A stretch of 64,000 nucleotides of DNA, taken from NCBI GenBank assembly GCA_963793265.1, contig CAWBZI010000001.1, positions 1,472,001 through 1,536,000 of the forward strand. Reading direction: 5' to 3'. This stretch comes from an uncultured cyanobacterium. GTDB lineage: Bacteria > Cyanobacteriota > Cyanobacteriia > Phormidesmidales > Phormidesmidaceae. Every line of letters starts with the position of its first letter. Positions within the stretch are counted from its first letter, which is position 1. Below the pieces are notes generated by a model. That model ran no database searches and was not told the DNA's origin. It saw only the letters and a list, made by a program, of their open reading frames with translations. Shown here piece after piece: positions 31,463-44,492 of this stretch. The translations under genes were made by a program, and so were the position numbers.

Positions 31463-32062
31463 CATCTTCTTAAGAAGAATTTAATAAGAGTAATTAGGCA
31501 GAAATTGAAGCGTGAAAACAGGGCGAAAGCTTTAAGCATCAGGCACTTTCAACAAGAAAGGTTGACATAAGCCAATAGCCATCTTGACAAGCTGATGTTT
31601 TTAAGCTTCCAAAATTAGCTTATGATGTATAAGCAAAAAATTATCCTTTTATACGCTCTGACTCGATCTTCAAATATGTCTTACTGCCACATGAAGCTTC
31701 TGTAACCTTTGCCTGCAAAGGGTCATCAGGACATTCAGCAGCTCCTAAGGCAACGCTTCAACAGCCATAACAGCCCCCGAAACACTTCTACCCAAGACCG
31801 AGTTAGTCCCTATATCCAGCTATTCATCTACTCCGCATACTTTTGAATTTTTCTGATTCTCCTACTCAAATACCAGTGAGTTTAGAATTCTTAACTAAAA
31901 AAAAGATACCGCGAGGAAAACTACCTCCTTAGTCGCTGCGTTGGGCGCTAGTCCTTACCTAAGGTGCTAGCCGCCCGCTTTTTGCCTCCCTTTCAATAGT
32001 TCCTTGTAACTATCTTTGCTGTCTAACCGTTTGCCCTGCTCGGCGCGATTTTGAGGAAACGA

Positions 32063-35000
32063 ATGACTGACTCTACCCTTGCCACTGTCGAAAACACCCC
32101 TGAAAACACTACCGCAACCACGCTTGAAACCACTGTTACGCCTGCTGCCGTAAATCCTGACAAAATTCGTGAAACGCCCGTTCACCTACTGCCCGACCTC
32201 GTTGAGATTCAGCGAGCCAGCTTTCGCTGGTTTCTTTCAGAAGGACTCGTAGAGGAGCTAGAGAGCTTCTCGCCTATCACTGATTACACTGGCAAGCTAG
32301 AGCTTCACTTTTTGGGCAAAGACTACCGCCTGAAAGCACCTAAGTACATGGTGGACGAAGCCAAGCGGCGCGACAGCACTTACTCAGTACAAATGTATGT
32401 TCCTACCCGCCTGATTAACAAGGAAACGGGTGAAATTAAGGAGCAGGAAGTCTTTATCGGCGACCTGCCTTTGATGACCGATCGCGGTACGTTCATCATT
32501 AACGGTGCAGAAAGAGTCATCGTTAACCAGATTGTTCGCAGTCCTGGCGTGTACTACAAGGCTGAAACCGACAAGCACGGCCGTCGTACTTATACAGCTA
32601 ATCTGATTCCCAACCGGGGCGCGTGGCTGAAGTTTGAGACAGATAAAAATGATTTGGTATGGGTTCGTATTGATAAAACCCGTAAGCTTTCTGCTCAAGT
32701 GCTGCTCAAGGCGCTCGGCCTAAGCGACAGTGAAATCTTTGACTCGCTGCGTCACCCCGAGTACTTCCAAAAAACGATTGAGAAAGAGGGTCAGTTTAGC
32801 GAAGAGGAAGCTTTGTTAGAGCTGTACCGCAAGCTTCGTCCGGGTGAGCCTCCTACGGTTAACGGTGGTCAGCAGCTACTAGACTCTCGCTTCTTTGATC
32901 CCAAGCGCTATGACTTGGGCAAAGTGGGTCGCCATAAGCTCAACCGCAAGCTGCGCCTGAATATTCCTGAGACAACGCGCGTTTTAACGCCTCAAGATAT
33001 CGTTGCGGCGATTGACTACCTTGTGAACCTGGAGTTTGACATTGGTAACCCCGATGATATTGACCACTTGGGTAACCGTCGCGTTCGATCAGTCGGTGAG
33101 CTGCTTCAGAACCAAGTGCGCGTAGGTTTGAACCGTTTAGAGCGGATCATTCGTGAGCGGATGACGGTATCTGATGCCGACTCCCTCACCCCAGCATCAC
33201 TGGTGAACCCCAAGCCTTTAGTTGCTGCAATCAAAGAATTCTTTGGTTCTAGCCAGCTATCGCAGTTCATGGATCAGACCAACCCCCTAGCGGAGCTGAC
33301 TCATAAGCGACGGATTAGTGCACTTGGGCCGGGTGGTTTAACTCGTGAGCGCGCAGGTTTTGCCGTTCGAGACATTCACCCTTCGCACCACGGTCGCATT
33401 TGCCCAATCGAAACGCCTGAGGGGCCGAACGCGGGTCTGATTGGTTCACTAGCAACCCACGCTAGAGTGAACGACTTTGGCTTTATCGAAACGCCTTTCT
33501 TCCCCGTTGTGAACGGCCAGATCATTAAGGACAAGCCAGCGGTTTATATGACGGCTGACGAGGAAGATGATTTGCGCGTAGCCCCCGGTGATGTGCCGAT
33601 TGACTTGGACAACAACATCCTGGGTGAAACGGTGCCCGTGCGCTATCGCCAAGACTTTACGGTTACGACACCTAAAGAGGTGGACTACGTTGCGGTTTCG
33701 CCCGTACAGATTATTTCGGTAGCGACTTCGCTGATTCCTTTCTTGGAGCACGATGACGCCAACCGAGCCCTGATGGGATCGAACATGCAAAGGCAGGCAG
33801 TGCCACTACTGCGACCTGAGCGCGCTTTAGTTGGTACGGGGCTTGAAGCTCAAGCTGCTCGTGACTCCGGGATGGTAATTATTAGCCGTACTGACGGCGT
33901 GGTGAGCTATCTGGACGCGAACTGGATTAAGGTGCGCGATCCTGAAGGCAAAGTTCATACTTATGAGCTGCAAAAGTATCAGCGCTCTAACCAGGACACC
34001 TGTTTGAACCAGCGGCCTTTGGTGTATGAAGGTGACAAAATTGTGGCCGGTCAGGTGATGGCAGACGGTTCTGCAACTGAGGGCGGCGAGATTGCCCTGG
34101 GTCAGAACGTGCTGATTACCTATATGCCATGGGAGGGCTACAACTACGAGGACGCGATTCTGCTCAGCGAACGGCTAGTGTACGAAGACGTTTATACCTC
34201 TATCCACATTGAAAAATATGAGATTGAGGCGCGTCAGACCAAGCTTGGGCCTGAGGAGATTACCCGCGAGATTCCTAACGTGGGTGAAGACGCGCTGCGT
34301 CAGCTTGATGAGACTGGCATTATTCGGATTGGTGCCTGGGTAAGTTCGGGCGAGATCTTAGTAGGTAAGGTGACGCCAAAGGGTGAATCTGACCAGCCAC
34401 CTGAAGAGAAGCTGCTGCGAGCGATCTTTGGTGAAAAAGCCAGAGACGTGCGGGATAACTCGTTGAGAGTGCCTAACGGTGAGAAAGGCCGAGTCGTAGA
34501 CGTGCGAGTGTTTACACGCGAGCAAGGCGATGAGCTGCCACCGGGCGCGAACATGGTGGTGCGCGTGTACGTGGCCCAAAAGCGTAAGATTCAGGTCGGT
34601 GACAAGATGGCCGGTCGTCACGGTAATAAAGGGATTATTTCTCGGATTTTGCCGGTTGAAGACATGCCTTATTTGCCAGATGGCACACCGATTGACATTG
34701 CGCTCAATCCGCTGGGCGTACCGTCACGGATGAACGTGGGCCAGGTGTTTGAGTGTTTGCTGGGCTGGGCGGGCGAAAACCTGGGCGCTCGATTCAAGGT
34801 GACGCCGTTTGATGAGATGTATGGCGAAGAAGCCTCGCTTGAAACAACTCACGGCAAGATGGCCGAAGCCCGCGAACTGACGGGTAAAGACTGGATATTT
34901 GACCCAGACAACCCTGGCAAAATTCAGCTTTATGATGGCCGTACGGGTGAGCCGTTCGATCAGCCGGTGACGGTAGGTCAGTCTTACATGCTGAAGCTTG

Positions 35001-35647
35001 TTCACCTGGTTGACGACAAGATTCACGCGCGGTCTACTGGGCCCTACTCGCTGGTAACTCAGCAGCCTTTGGGTGGTAAAGCTCAGCAGGGCGGTCAGCG
35101 CTTTGGTGAAATGGAAGTTTGGGCGCTTGAGGCGTTTGGTGCGGCCTATACTTTGCAGGAATTGTTGACTGTGAAGTCGGACGATATGCAAGGGCGTAAT
35201 GAAGCGTTGAATGCGATTGTCAAAGGGAAAGCGATTCCACGCCCCGGTACGCCTGAGTCATTCAAGGTACTGATGCGCGAGCTGCAATCGCTGTGTTTGG
35301 ACATTGCGGTGCATAAGCTAGAGACGCAGGAAGATGGAACTAGCCGCGATAGCGAAGTGGACTTAATGGCAGATGTCGGCAATCGTAGAACGCCTTCGCG
35401 GCCTACCTACGAGTCGGTTTCTCGCGATGAGCCGATGGGTACGGCAGGCGCGGCAGGTGCTGCGGTTGCTCCTGATGGTTCTGCGGTGACCAGCGCGGTA
35501 AGTGCGGCTCCCGGCGCTGCGGCTGTTGGCGTTCCTGGCATTACGGTGCCAACGACGGCAACCGAGGTGACGGCTGAAACGGCTGCGCCTGCTGCCGATA
35601 TCGCCCCCGATGGTACGGATGCGCCCCCCTCTACGCCTCTTTTATAG
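32063..35647 (+). CDS. rpoB: RNA polymerase beta subunit
   Basis: [30 protein letters not shown] and [13 protein letters not shown]. Start placed at ATG 32063. Low-complexity extensions at both ends. Confidence 0.99.
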   Translation: MTDSTLATVENTPENTTATTLETTVTPAAVNPDKIRETPVHLLPDLVEIQRASFRWFLSEGLVEELESFSPITDYTGKLELHFLGKDYRLKAPKYMVDEAKRRDSTYSVQMYVPTRLINKETGEIKEQEVFIGDLPLMTDRGTFIINGAERVIVNQIVRSPGVYYKAETDKHGRRTYTANLIPNRGAWLKFETDKNDLVWVRIDKTRKLSAQVLLKALGLSDSEIFDSLRHPEYFQKTIEKEGQFSEEEALLELYRKLRPGEPPTVNGGQQLLDSRFFDPKRYDLGKVGRHKLNRKLRLNIPETTRVLTPQDIVAAIDYLVNLEFDIGNPDDIDHLGNRRVRSVGELLQNQVRVGLNRLERIIRERMTVSDADSLTPASLVNPKPLVAAIKEFFGSSQLSQFMDQTNPLAELTHKRRISALGPGGLTRERAGFAVRDIHPSHHGRICPIETPEGPNAGLIGSLATHARVNDFGFIETPFFPVVNGQIIKDKPAVYMTADEEDDLRVAPGDVPIDLDNNILGETVPVRYRQDFTVTTPKEVDYVAVSPVQIISVATSLIPFLEHDDANRALMGSNMQRQAVPLLRPERALVGTGLEAQAARDSGMVIISRTDGVVSYLDANWIKVRDPEGKVHTYELQKYQRSNQDTCLNQRPLVYEGDKIVAGQVMADGSATEGGEIALGQNVLITYMPWEGYNYEDAILLSERLVYEDVYTSIHIEKYEIEARQTKLGPEEITREIPNVGEDALRQLDETGIIRIGAWVSSGEILVGKVTPKGESDQPPEEKLLRAIFGEKARDVRDNSLRVPNGEKGRVVDVRVFTREQGDELPPGANMVVRVYVAQKRKIQVGDKMAGRHGNKGIISRILPVEDMPYLPDGTPIDIALNPLGVPSRMNVGQVFECLLGWAGENLGARFKVTPFDEMYGEEASLETTHGKMAEARELTGKDWIFDPDNPGKIQLYDGRTGEPFDQPVTVGQSYMLKLVHLVDDKIHARSTGPYSLVTQQPLGGKAQQGGQRFGEMEVWALEAFGAAYTLQELLTVKSDDMQGRNEALNAIVKGKAIPRPGTPESFKVLMRELQSLCLDIAVHKLETQEDGTSRDSEVDLMADVGNRRTPSRPTYESVSRDEPMGTAGAAGAAVAPDGSAVTSAVSAAPGAAAVGVPGITVPTTATEVTAETAAPAADIAPDGTDAPPSTPLL

Positions 35648-35883
35648 ACGACTGTTTCTTAGGTCTGGCGGCTTCTAGCTAAGCGCCGTCTTAGCTTGGC
35701 CGCTCAGACCTATATCTGCTGCAAGGGTCGTTGACTTCAATCGGTGACGCTTGCCACAAAAAGTTTTCGTTAGACAGTTCGATCGCTGTAGCCTTCATTG
35801 GTTTTGAGAAGAGCCCGCTTTGTTAGAAGACTCAGCCGAACTCAAGTATTAGCCTCGTCAAGTTGTAAGGGAATAAACAAAGG

Positions 35884-37758
35884 ATGCCGAAAGTAGAACA
35901 GCGGTTTGACTATGTAAAGATCGGGATTGCTTCGCCAGAGCGAATCCGTGACTGGGGCGAGCGCACGTTGCCGAACGGTACGGTAGTCGGTGAAGTGACA
36001 AAGCCGGAGACAATCAACTACAGAACGCTTAAGCCTGAAATGGACGGGCTGTTTTGTGAGCGTATCTTTGGCCCTGCTAAGGACTGGGAATGTCACTGTG
36101 GTAAGTACAAGCGTGTACGTCACCGTGGCATTGTGTGCGAGCGCTGCGGCGTAGAGGTGACTGAATCTCGGGTGCGTCGTCATCGCATGGGCTTTATTAA
36201 GCTAGCTGCGCCCGTGGCTCACGTTTGGTACTTAAAAGGTATTCCCAGCTATATTGCAATTTTGCTGGACATGCCTCTGCGCGATGTTGAGCAGATTGTG
36301 TACTTTAACGCCTACGTTGTCCTTGATCCGGGCAATGCTGACAACCTCTCCTATAAGCAGCTACTGAGTGAAGATCAGTGGATGGAGATTGAGGATCAGC
36401 TCTATGACGAAGATTCTCAACTTGCTGGGATTGAAGTTGGCATCGGGGCTGAAGCGCTGAAGCGGCTGCTGGAAGATTTGCAGCTTGAAGAAACCGCTGA
36501 GATGCTGCGGGAGACGATTGCGACTTCTAAAGGTCAAAAGCGGGCCAAGCTGATCAAGCGCCTGCGGGTGATTGACAACTTTATTGCTACGGGCTCTAAG
36601 CCTGAGTGGATGGTGCTGGATGTAATTCCAGTGATTCCGCCTGACTTACGTCCGATGGTTCAGCTAGACGGCGGTCGCTTTGCAACTTCTGACCTGAACG
36701 ATCTGTACCGGCGAGTGATTAACCGGAACAATCGTTTGGCCCGGTTGCAGGAGATTTTAGCGCCTGAAATCATCGTCCGTAACGAGAAACGGATGCTTCA
36801 GGAGGCAGTTGATGCCCTGATTGATAACGGTCGTCGTGGTCGTACGGTGGTGGGCGCAAACAACCGTCCGCTGAAGTCGCTCTCCGACATTATTGAAGGT
36901 AAGCAGGGCCGATTCCGTCAGAACTTGCTGGGTAAGCGAGTTGACTACTCAGGTCGTTCTGTGATCGTAGTTGGCCCGAATCTGAAGATTCACCAGTGTG
37001 GCCTGCCGCGTGAAATGGCCATTGAGCTGTTCCAGCCGTTTGTGATTCACCGGCTGATTCGTCAGGGCTTAGTGAATAACATTAAGGCCGCTAAGAAGCT
37101 GATTCAGCGGAACGATCCGAGCGTTTGGGAAGTGTTAGAGGATGTGATTGAAACCCATCCCGTGATGCTGAACCGAGCGCCGACGCTGCACAGGCTAGGT
37201 ATTCAAGCGTTTGAGCCGATTATGGTGGAAGGCCGAGCAATTCAGCTTCATCCGTTGGTTTGTCCGGCGTTTAACGCTGACTTTGACGGTGACCAGATGG
37301 CGGTGCACGTACCGCTGTCGTTAGAAGCGCAGTCTGAGGCACGGCTGCTGATGCTGGCGTCTAACAACATCCTTTCGCCTGCGACGGGTCGGCCGATTAT
37401 TACGCCGAGTCAGGATATGGTGCTGGGCTGCTATTACCTGACGGCTGAGAACCCTGGTAAGCAGGAAGGGGCCGGGCGTTATTTTGCCAATATGGAGGAT
37501 GCGATCGCTGCCTACGAACAAGGCAACGTAGATTTGCACGCCAACGTATGGCTCCGCTTTGACGGCGAAGTAGAAAACCCCGACGACGACGACACTCCTA
37601 AAGAAACCACCACAGACGACAGCGGTGCCACCATCGAAATGTACAAGTTCCGCAAGGTGCGCAAAGACGAAACCGGTCAGGTGATTTCTCAGTACGTGAA
37701 GACCACACCGGGTCGGATCATCTACAACCACGCGGTACTAGGCGCACTGGCCGAGTAG
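35884..37758 (+). CDS. rpoC1: RNA polymerase gamma subunit
   Basis: Zn finger (CHCG...CERC) and NADFDGD catalytic motif. Confidence 0.99.
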   Translation: MPKVEQRFDYVKIGIASPERIRDWGERTLPNGTVVGEVTKPETINYRTLKPEMDGLFCERIFGPAKDWECHCGKYKRVRHRGIVCERCGVEVTESRVRRHRMGFIKLAAPVAHVWYLKGIPSYIAILLDMPLRDVEQIVYFNAYVVLDPGNADNLSYKQLLSEDQWMEIEDQLYDEDSQLAGIEVGIGAEALKRLLEDLQLEETAEMLRETIATSKGQKRAKLIKRLRVIDNFIATGSKPEWMVLDVIPVIPPDLRPMVQLDGGRFATSDLNDLYRRVINRNNRLARLQEILAPEIIVRNEKRMLQEAVDALIDNGRRGRTVVGANNRPLKSLSDIIEGKQGRFRQNLLGKRVDYSGRSVIVVGPNLKIHQCGLPREMAIELFQPFVIHRLIRQGLVNNIKAAKKLIQRNDPSVWEVLEDVIETHPVMLNRAPTLHRLGIQAFEPIMVEGRAIQLHPLVCPAFNADFDGDQMAVHVPLSLEAQSEARLLMLASNNILSPATGRPIITPSQDMVLGCYYLTAENPGKQEGAGRYFANMEDAIAAYEQGNVDLHANVWLRFDGEVENPDDDDTPKETTTDDSGATIEMYKFRKVRKDETGQVISQYVKTTPGRIIYNHAVLGALAE

Positions 37759-37849
37759 CTTGAGATCTGAACAATTTGAATGAACTGGGCCAGGCGCACT
37801 GGCCCGATAAAGCATCGCAGTAGCAGACACGAAAAAGGCAAAGAAACAC

Positions 37850-40800
37850 ATGGCAGAGCAAGGCGAATCAAGACCCGTTATTTTTCGCAACCGCACAATT
37901 GATAAAAAGCAGCTAAAAAACTTGGTTTCCTGGTCTTTTGAGCACTACGGCACCGCCCGCACCGCTCAAATGGCCGATGAAATCAAAAGCTTGGGCTTCA
38001 AATATGCAACCAGAGCCGGGGTATCGATTAGCGTTGATGACCTCGAAGTACCGCCCAGTAAAAAGGCGATGCTAGAAACCGCAGAGGGTGAAATTCGTGA
38101 CACCGAAGAGCGCTACACTCGCGGCGAAATCACTGAAGTAGAACGCTTTCAGAAGGTTATTGACACCTGGAACGAAACCAGCGAACACCTCAAAGACAAA
38201 GTGGTCGAAAACTTCCGCGACCACAACCCTTTGAACTCCGTGTATATGATGTCTAACTCGGGCGCACGGGGAAACATTTCGCAGGTGCGTCAGCTTGTCG
38301 GAATGCGCGGCCTGATGGCCAATCCACAAGGCGAAATTATTGACCTACCGATTAAAACTAACTTCCGAGAAGGCTTAACGGTTACTGAGTACATTATTTC
38401 ATCCTACGGTGCGCGTAAGGGACTGGTAGACACCGCCCTTCGTACCGCTGACTCGGGCTACCTTACCCGCCGTTTGGTAGACGTTTCACAAGATGTCATC
38501 GTCCGTGAAATCGACTGTGGCACCGAGCGCTATATTCCCGTGCGCCCCATGACAGACGGTGAGCGAGTTTTGATTCCGCTGCAAGATCGCCTGCTGGGCC
38601 GGGTTCCGGCTGAGGATGTTAAGCATCCTAAAACGGGCGAAGTGATTGTGGCGCGTAACCAGGCGATTACCGATGATTTGGCTCAGGCCATCGGTAAGGC
38701 CAAGGTGAAAGAAGTGAAGGCGCGTTCGGCGCTGACTTGTGAAGCGGCTAGATCGGTGTGTCAGCACTGCTACGGCTGGAGCTTGGCGCATTCGCATATG
38801 GTGGATTTGGGCGAAGCGGTTGGCATTATTGCTGCTCAGTCTATTGGTGAGCCGGGTACTCAGCTCACGATGCGTACCTTCCACACGGGGGGAACCTTCA
38901 CTGGCGAGCTAGCTCCGCAGATTCGGGCGAAGCGAACAGGTACGGTGCACATTCCGACCGATACCACCGAGATGCGCGTACGTCCTTTCCGCACCCGTCA
39001 CGGTGAAGATGCGCTGGTGATGGAAGCGAATAACCAGATTTCCATGGAAACGAATGGAAAGGAGTATTCGATTTCGCTACCTCAGGGCTCAATTTTGTTC
39101 GCCAAAGAAGGCGATGAGCTGAAAAAAGGCGACTTGATTGCTGAGCTGCCAAATACTAGCCGAGTTAAGAAAGTCACTGAGAAGGCCAGTAAGGACGTAA
39201 CCTCTGACCTATCGGGTGAGGTGTTCTTTGACGGGCTGGTGCAGGAAGAGAAGACTGACCGTCAGGGGAATATGACCCGGCTGGCGCAAAGAGGTGGCCT
39301 GATTTGGGTGCTTTCGGGCGAGGTGTATAACCTGCCGCCTGGCGCGGAGCCGGTTGTGAAAAACGGCGATCGCGTAGACGCAGAAGGCGTACTCGCTGAA
39401 ACCAAACTGATCACCGAGCGCGGCGGTATTGTCCGCCTCACCGATACCTCTAATGACGGTAAAGGCGGTCGCGAAGTCGAAATTATCACGGCTTCTGTGC
39501 TGCTCGACCAGTCCGAAGTAGAAGTGGAAAGTGGCCAAGGCCGCGAGCACTACTTCCTCAAAACCTCCACGGGCCAAAAGTTCTCTTTGAATGCGACACC
39601 TGGCACTAAAGTGTCTAGCGGTCAGGTCGTAGCCGAGCTAGTTGATGACACCTTCCGTACGCAAACTGGCGGCATCATCAAGTTTGCTGGGGTTGAAGTC
39701 GCTAAGCGCGGCAAGGCCAAGAACGGCTACGAAATCACCAAAGGCGGCACCATTCTGTGGATTCCGGCAGAGAGCCATGAGGTGAATAAGGACATTTCCT
39801 TGCTGATGGTAGAAACTGGCCAGTACATCGAAGCGGGCACAGAAGTTGTTAAGGACATCTTCTGTCAGACCAGCGGCGTTGTAGACGTGATTCAGAAGAA
39901 TGACATTCTGCGTGAGGTGACCATTCGCCCCGGTGACATTCACATGGTAGATAGCCCAGATGTGGCTAGCGCTAAGAATGAAACCATCGTGAACGCAGGC
40001 GAGGAAGTGATTCCGGGTGTGGTAGCAGATTCGCTGCGCTATGTGGAATTCGTTGAAACGCCTGAAGGTGCAGCGCTGCTACTGCGCCCAGTGCAGGAGT
40101 TTGAGGTGCCTGATGAGGCCAGAGTGCCAAGTCAGTCTTCTGTGAGCGACAGTGACGATAATTCGATTAGCCTGCGCGCGATTCAGCGGCTGCTCTATAA
40201 AGACGGCGAGCGTGTTAAGTCGGTAGATGGCCTAGAGATTCTGCGGACGCAGCTCGTGCTTGATATAGACGAAGGCGGCTCTCAGCTTACGGCTGACATT
40301 GAGATGAAAGCGGATGACGAGAACGATGAGGAGTCGGCTAAGCGCTTGCAGCTTGTGGTACTCGAAACGCTTGTGGTTCGTCGTGATATTGAGGCTGACC
40401 AGACTCAGGGCAGTACTAAGACACGGCTGCTCGTAGAAGATGGTGACGAGATTACGCCAGGTGCGGTGATCGCGCGGACTGAGATTCGCTGTAAGGAAGC
40501 TGGGCAAATTCGCGGTATCCGTGAAGACCTAGAATCTGTACGGCGGGTGCTGGTGGTGCGTGATGCTGATCAGATGGTGATTGATACTGAGGGCAAGCCG
40601 CCAACGGTTTCTGAAGGTGATTTGCTGGTGGATGCGACAGAGGTTGCTGATGGGGTGCGATCGCAAGAATCGGGCCAGGTCATCGAAGCCACCGACAGCC
40701 AAATCACCATGCGAATTGCGCGTCCTTATCGCGTATCTACTGGCGCGGTACTGCACATCGACAACGGCGATCTGGTACAGCGGGGTGACGGTTTGGTGCT

Positions 40801-41809
40801 GCTCGTATTTGAGCGCGCTAAAACCGGCGACATCATTCAGGGCTTGCCGCGTATTGAGGAGCTGCTAGAAGCTCGTAAGCCGAAAGAAGCCTGCATCCTA
40901 GCGGAGCGTCCAGGCGTTGCCCAAGTGGTATATGCCGAGGATGAAACCGTTGAGATTAAGGTGGTTGAAAGCGATGGGGTCGTGACTGACTACCCCGTAA
41001 CGCCAGGGCAGAACCTTGTGATCGGTGACGGTCAGAAGGTGACAACGGGCGAGCCGCTAACAGACGGGCCTTCTAACCCTCACCAGATTCTAGAGGTGTT
41101 CTACAAGTACTACCGCGAGAATAAGGGCACACATGAAGCTGCGATGCTGAGCCTGGAGCAGGTGCAGTCGTTCTTAGTGAACGAAGTGCAATCTGTGTAT
41201 CAGTCGCAGGGCGTTGATATTTCTGACAAGCACATTGAAGTGATTGTGCGGCAGATGACCTCGAAGGCGCGTTTGGAAGATGGCGGTGATACCACCATGC
41301 TACCGGGCGAGCTGGTTGAGATTCGTCAGCTTGAGCAGGTGAACGAGGCGATGTCGATTACGGGGATGGCTCCGGCGGACTACACGCCTGTGCTGCTCGG
41401 AATTACGAAGGCGTCACTGAATACCGACAGCTTTATCTCGGCGGCAAGCTTCCAAGAGACGACTCGCGTACTGACTGAAGCGGCGATTCAAGGTAAGTCT
41501 GACTGGCTGCGCGGCCTGAAGGAGAACGTGATTATCGGTCGCTTGATTCCGGCAGGTACGGGATTCAATGCCTACGAAGAGCCCACCTCACCTGAGATTG
41601 ATACGTCGTTTGACGGGACTTTCTTAGGCGATAATATGGCGCTTTCGGATATGGTGCTTGATGACCGTACGGCGAGAGCTTACGACCGTGAAGGTGGCCT
41701 GGATATGATTGCAGGCGACGGCATGGTTGGTGGCACTGAGAAGAAAGCTGAGGAGAAGAAGCTGCCGTTTGGTGGTGACGGGCTGATTGATGATAGTTCG
41801 GCGCTGTAG
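37850..41809 (+). CDS. rpoC2: RNA polymerase beta' subunit (cyanobacterial, with large SI3 insertion)
   Basis: [39 protein letters not shown] and GLKENVIIG. Confidence 0.99.
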   Translation: MAEQGESRPVIFRNRTIDKKQLKNLVSWSFEHYGTARTAQMADEIKSLGFKYATRAGVSISVDDLEVPPSKKAMLETAEGEIRDTEERYTRGEITEVERFQKVIDTWNETSEHLKDKVVENFRDHNPLNSVYMMSNSGARGNISQVRQLVGMRGLMANPQGEIIDLPIKTNFREGLTVTEYIISSYGARKGLVDTALRTADSGYLTRRLVDVSQDVIVREIDCGTERYIPVRPMTDGERVLIPLQDRLLGRVPAEDVKHPKTGEVIVARNQAITDDLAQAIGKAKVKEVKARSALTCEAARSVCQHCYGWSLAHSHMVDLGEAVGIIAAQSIGEPGTQLTMRTFHTGGTFTGELAPQIRAKRTGTVHIPTDTTEMRVRPFRTRHGEDALVMEANNQISMETNGKEYSISLPQGSILFAKEGDELKKGDLIAELPNTSRVKKVTEKASKDVTSDLSGEVFFDGLVQEEKTDRQGNMTRLAQRGGLIWVLSGEVYNLPPGAEPVVKNGDRVDAEGVLAETKLITERGGIVRLTDTSNDGKGGREVEIITASVLLDQSEVEVESGQGREHYFLKTSTGQKFSLNATPGTKVSSGQVVAELVDDTFRTQTGGIIKFAGVEVAKRGKAKNGYEITKGGTILWIPAESHEVNKDISLLMVETGQYIEAGTEVVKDIFCQTSGVVDVIQKNDILREVTIRPGDIHMVDSPDVASAKNETIVNAGEEVIPGVVADSLRYVEFVETPEGAALLLRPVQEFEVPDEARVPSQSSVSDSDDNSISLRAIQRLLYKDGERVKSVDGLEILRTQLVLDIDEGGSQLTADIEMKADDENDEESAKRLQLVVLETLVVRRDIEADQTQGSTKTRLLVEDGDEITPGAVIARTEIRCKEAGQIRGIREDLESVRRVLVVRDADQMVIDTEGKPPTVSEGDLLVDATEVADGVRSQESGQVIEATDSQITMRIARPYRVSTGAVLHIDNGDLVQRGDGLVLLVFERAKTGDIIQGLPRIEELLEARKPKEACILAERPGVAQVVYAEDETVEIKVVESDGVVTDYPVTPGQNLVIGDGQKVTTGEPLTDGPSNPHQILEVFYKYYRENKGTHEAAMLSLEQVQSFLVNEVQSVYQSQGVDISDKHIEVIVRQMTSKARLEDGGDTTMLPGELVEIRQLEQVNEAMSITGMAPADYTPVLLGITKASLNTDSFISAASFQETTRVLTEAAIQGKSDWLRGLKENVIIGRLIPAGTGFNAYEEPTSPEIDTSFDGTFLGDNMALSDMVLDDRTARAYDREGGLDMIAGDGMVGGTEKKAEEKKLPFGGDGLIDDSSAL

Positions 41810-41828
41810 GTTAGATTGCTGAGGTCGG

Positions 41829-41853
41829 AGGGCGTATGACCATACGCCCCTAC
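41829..41853. repeat. Degenerate REP-like hairpin (GGGCGTATG-AC-CATACGCCCCTAC)
   Basis: Same GCCCCTAC end as the 7616 element, and likewise placed just before a terminator. Confidence 0.6.
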
Positions 41854-41872
41854 CAGTGAATAGACAGCCAAC

Positions 41873-41908
41873 AAAAAGCCCTGAGGTTTGGAACCTCAGG
41901 GCTTTTTT
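41873..41908. terminator. Bidirectional intrinsic terminator (rpoC2 / remA)
   Basis: aaaaagccctgaggtt-tgg-aacctcagggctttttt. Confidence 0.9.
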
Positions 41909-41927
41909 GCTAGGTGGAAACCGATGG

Positions 41928-42218
41928 CTAGACGACGAATCGCTGGGCGACGGTTTCGGGTTGGATGGCGGATAGGACGACGTGGCCGGAGTCGGTGACG
42001 ATGACGGCGCGGGTGCGTCTGCCGTAGGTGGCGTCGATAAGCTGGGTGCGATCGCGCGCCTCTGAAACAATCCGCTTAATCGGTGCAGATTCAGGGCTCA
42101 CAATGGCAATCACGCGGCTGGCTGAAACAGTATTGCCAAACCCGATATTGATCAGCCTTAAAGCTACTGAATTTTGCGTAGGGTAGGTCATTGGGGTGTT
42201 AGTTTCTGTAGACATCAA
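41928..42218 (-). CDS. remA: DUF370 / RemA family protein
   Basis: LINIGFGN.V...[14 protein letters not shown]...[27 protein letters not shown]. Confidence 0.93.
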   Translation of the reverse strand: MMSTETNTPMTYPTQNSVALRLINIGFGNTVSASRVIAIVSPESAPIKRIVSEARDRTQLIDATYGRRTRAVIVTDSGHVVLSAIQPETVAQRFVV

Positions 42219-42574
42219 TTGCGAAAATGGAATTTATAAAGGCTCTTTCATAAAAGTGTTTTTTTGTGATCACTGACCTGTACGAAAGAGCCCCGACAAA
42301 GCGCAAGCTGGCAGTAAAAAACCCAGCAGAAAATGTTACTTGATAGCAAGTAAGAAATTTCTCCCAAGCTGTTATTTCGCCGTGTACGTTAGCTATCGTG
42401 TACTCGGCTATGCCATTTGTTTTAAGATAGGCTGCCTCTTTTAGTGCCGTAAACCTGCGTTAGATTGTACGAGCTTGTCTGTACTAACACAATAGTTTCA
42501 AGGCTGATAAACTAGAGCCAAACTGTTAGCGAAATATAGCTAAAATCGTCTGTTTTTTAACAGTTATTGGTCAA

Positions 42575-43858
42575 TTAAGCGTTTTCCTGTGTAGAAAGGT
42601 CGGCTGTTTTAACAAATATTTTCTGAATGTGATCGCCTCTTTTCAAAGTCACCTGCAACGCATCGCCTACCTTCACTTCGTCCACCGTGCTCTGTAGCTG
42701 ATCGGCCCGGCGAATCGGCTGTCCGCCAATCTCAACAATCACATCACCTCGGCGCAGCCCGGCATCAGCCGCAGGCGTATTCGGCAGCACACGTACAACC
42801 AACACACCATTAGTAACCGGCAGCTCAATCGCGCTGTTGGGGTCTTCGTTGTTCATTTTCGCCATATCTGGCGTAAGGGTCGCAATCTGTACGCCTAAAT
42901 AAGGATGTGCAATACGCTCGCCTTTAGCCAACCGGGCCTGAATAGATTTGGCCTTATCGATGGGAATGGCAAATCCAATCCCCATCGCATCGGCGCGAAT
43001 AGCGGTATTGATACCAATTACCTCGCCTCTAGCGTTGAGCAAGGGGCCACCCGAATTACCAGGATTAATCGCCGCGTCGGTCTGGATAAAGTCGATGCGT
43101 TTGTCAGGAATGCCGACTGCCGTGCTTGAGCGCTTGAGGGTGCTCACAATGCCGAGGGTGACGGTGTTGTCTAGACCCAATGGATTGCCGACTGCGATCG
43201 CCCAGTCCCCGACAGCTACCTCATCTGAGTTGCCAAGCTGCGCCACTGGCAAAGGCTCACCCGCCGTATCGATCCGCACCACCGCCAAATCTGTAATCTC
43301 ATCAATACCTTCTACATAGCCCTCAAAAGAACGACCGTCTTTGAGCTTAACGCTGACCTTATCAGTGCCTTCAACCACGTGAGCATTAGTGAGAATATCG
43401 CCGCGTTCGCTAATGATAAAGCCGGAGCCCTGACCGCTGAGGCGTTCTTCTTGGGGGATGCTTTGAAAGCCGCCGCCTCGATTGCCGTAAGAGCCGCGAA
43501 AGAAAGGGTCATCGTAGAAAAGGTCAGGTACGTTGCGCGTAACGGTGCGCTCTGTGTCGATGCGAACCACTGCGCTACCAACATTGCGAACGGCAGCGGC
43601 GACAAAGCTGTCACCGGAGAGCGCGCTAATCGGCGCGGGGCGGCTGCTTTCTACTTGCGTGTCTGTCAGTGTATCTGTTTGAGTGATGGTTGTAGGTGGC
43701 GGGGCGATCGCCTCTTCAACTGCCGAGAGCGCCCAGGCAGGCAGCATCCAAAGCGTATTCGTCAGCAAGAACACGACGGCAGCGCTGGCCATCCATCGAA
43801 CCCACTGCCGAATTTCTCGCTTCAAAGATGTGCCGGGCAGTTTTTTTATAAAACTCAT
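42575..43858 (-). CDS. HtrA/DegP-family serine protease (HhoA-like) with PDZ domain
   Basis: GSGFI, TNAHVV, DLAVV, QTDAAINPGNSGGPL and a C-terminal PDZ domain. Confidence 0.95.
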   Translation of the reverse strand: MSFIKKLPGTSLKREIRQWVRWMASAAVVFLLTNTLWMLPAWALSAVEEAIAPPPTTITQTDTLTDTQVESSRPAPISALSGDSFVAAAVRNVGSAVVRIDTERTVTRNVPDLFYDDPFFRGSYGNRGGGFQSIPQEERLSGQGSGFIISERGDILTNAHVVEGTDKVSVKLKDGRSFEGYVEGIDEITDLAVVRIDTAGEPLPVAQLGNSDEVAVGDWAIAVGNPLGLDNTVTLGIVSTLKRSSTAVGIPDKRIDFIQTDAAINPGNSGGPLLNARGEVIGINTAIRADAMGIGFAIPIDKAKSIQARLAKGERIAHPYLGVQIATLTPDMAKMNNEDPNSAIELPVTNGVLVVRVLPNTPAADAGLRRGDVIVEIGGQPIRRADQLQSTVDEVKVGDALQVTLKRGDHIQKIFVKTADLSTQENA

Positions 43859-44008
43859 CAGATCTCACGCTCGTTATTACGATATATACTGCCAGATTCT
43901 TTAAGAAATGTGGGGTGTGGATACCCTACACACTCGCAATAGGGTGACGATGGCCTGTAGGGAATGCTGACTATTTCTATTGATAATGATGTATCAGAAA
44001 GTGAACCT

Positions 44009-44440
44009 ATGAGTCGTAGCCAAAAGCGCAATTTTTCAAGTCGGCTATTGTTTCTGGGTGTAACGCTAACGGCCCTGAGCGGATGTAGCTCGCTGCCGGG
44101 CTCTTACAAAGCGCAGCTTGCTAACTACTTGAGTGATACCGGAGCAAAAATGTATGGCGCGTACTGGTGCCCTCACTGCTCGGTTCAAAAGCAATACTTT
44201 GACGGAGTGGTAGATCTAATTCCTTATGTAGAGTGCGACCCGCAAGGCTATAACCCGCAGCCGGAGCTATGCGATGAAATGGGCATAGATGTTTATCCAA
44301 CCTGGGTAATTGATGATGAGTATTACTTTGGCGCACAGACTTTGGGCAAGCTAGCGGCAATTTCTGGCTTTGAGTCGGAGAAGGAGCCGCCCGCTGCTGT
44401 GAGAGGACTTGAGCCAGGCGGATACAGTCCGGCTGATTGA
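44009..44440 (+). CDS. Thioredoxin-like (CPHC) lipoprotein, similar to the Trx domain fused to cyanobacterial VKOR
   Basis: Lipobox LSGC and MYGAYWCPHC..QK..F...YVEC...C...YPTW. Confidence 0.82.
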   Translation: MSRSQKRNFSSRLLFLGVTLTALSGCSSLPGSYKAQLANYLSDTGAKMYGAYWCPHCSVQKQYFDGVVDLIPYVECDPQGYNPQPELCDEMGIDVYPTWVIDDEYYFGAQTLGKLAAISGFESEKEPPAAVRGLEPGGYSPAD

Positions 44441-44492
44441 TCTGGCTAATTAAACGATAGATTAAAGCGGTCACACCATTTGGAAATAGGCT

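Noticed and set aside
35884..41809. Split beta' subunit and very large insertion in rpoC2
   Set aside because: Normal for cyanobacteria (rpoC1/rpoC2 split, SI3 insertion); no intein motifs seen.
32384..42070. Many antisense and alternate-frame ORFs within rpoB/rpoC1/rpoC2, and similar ones inside other long genes
   Set aside because: Shadow ORFs of strongly conserved genes, with no recognisable motifs or initiation signals.
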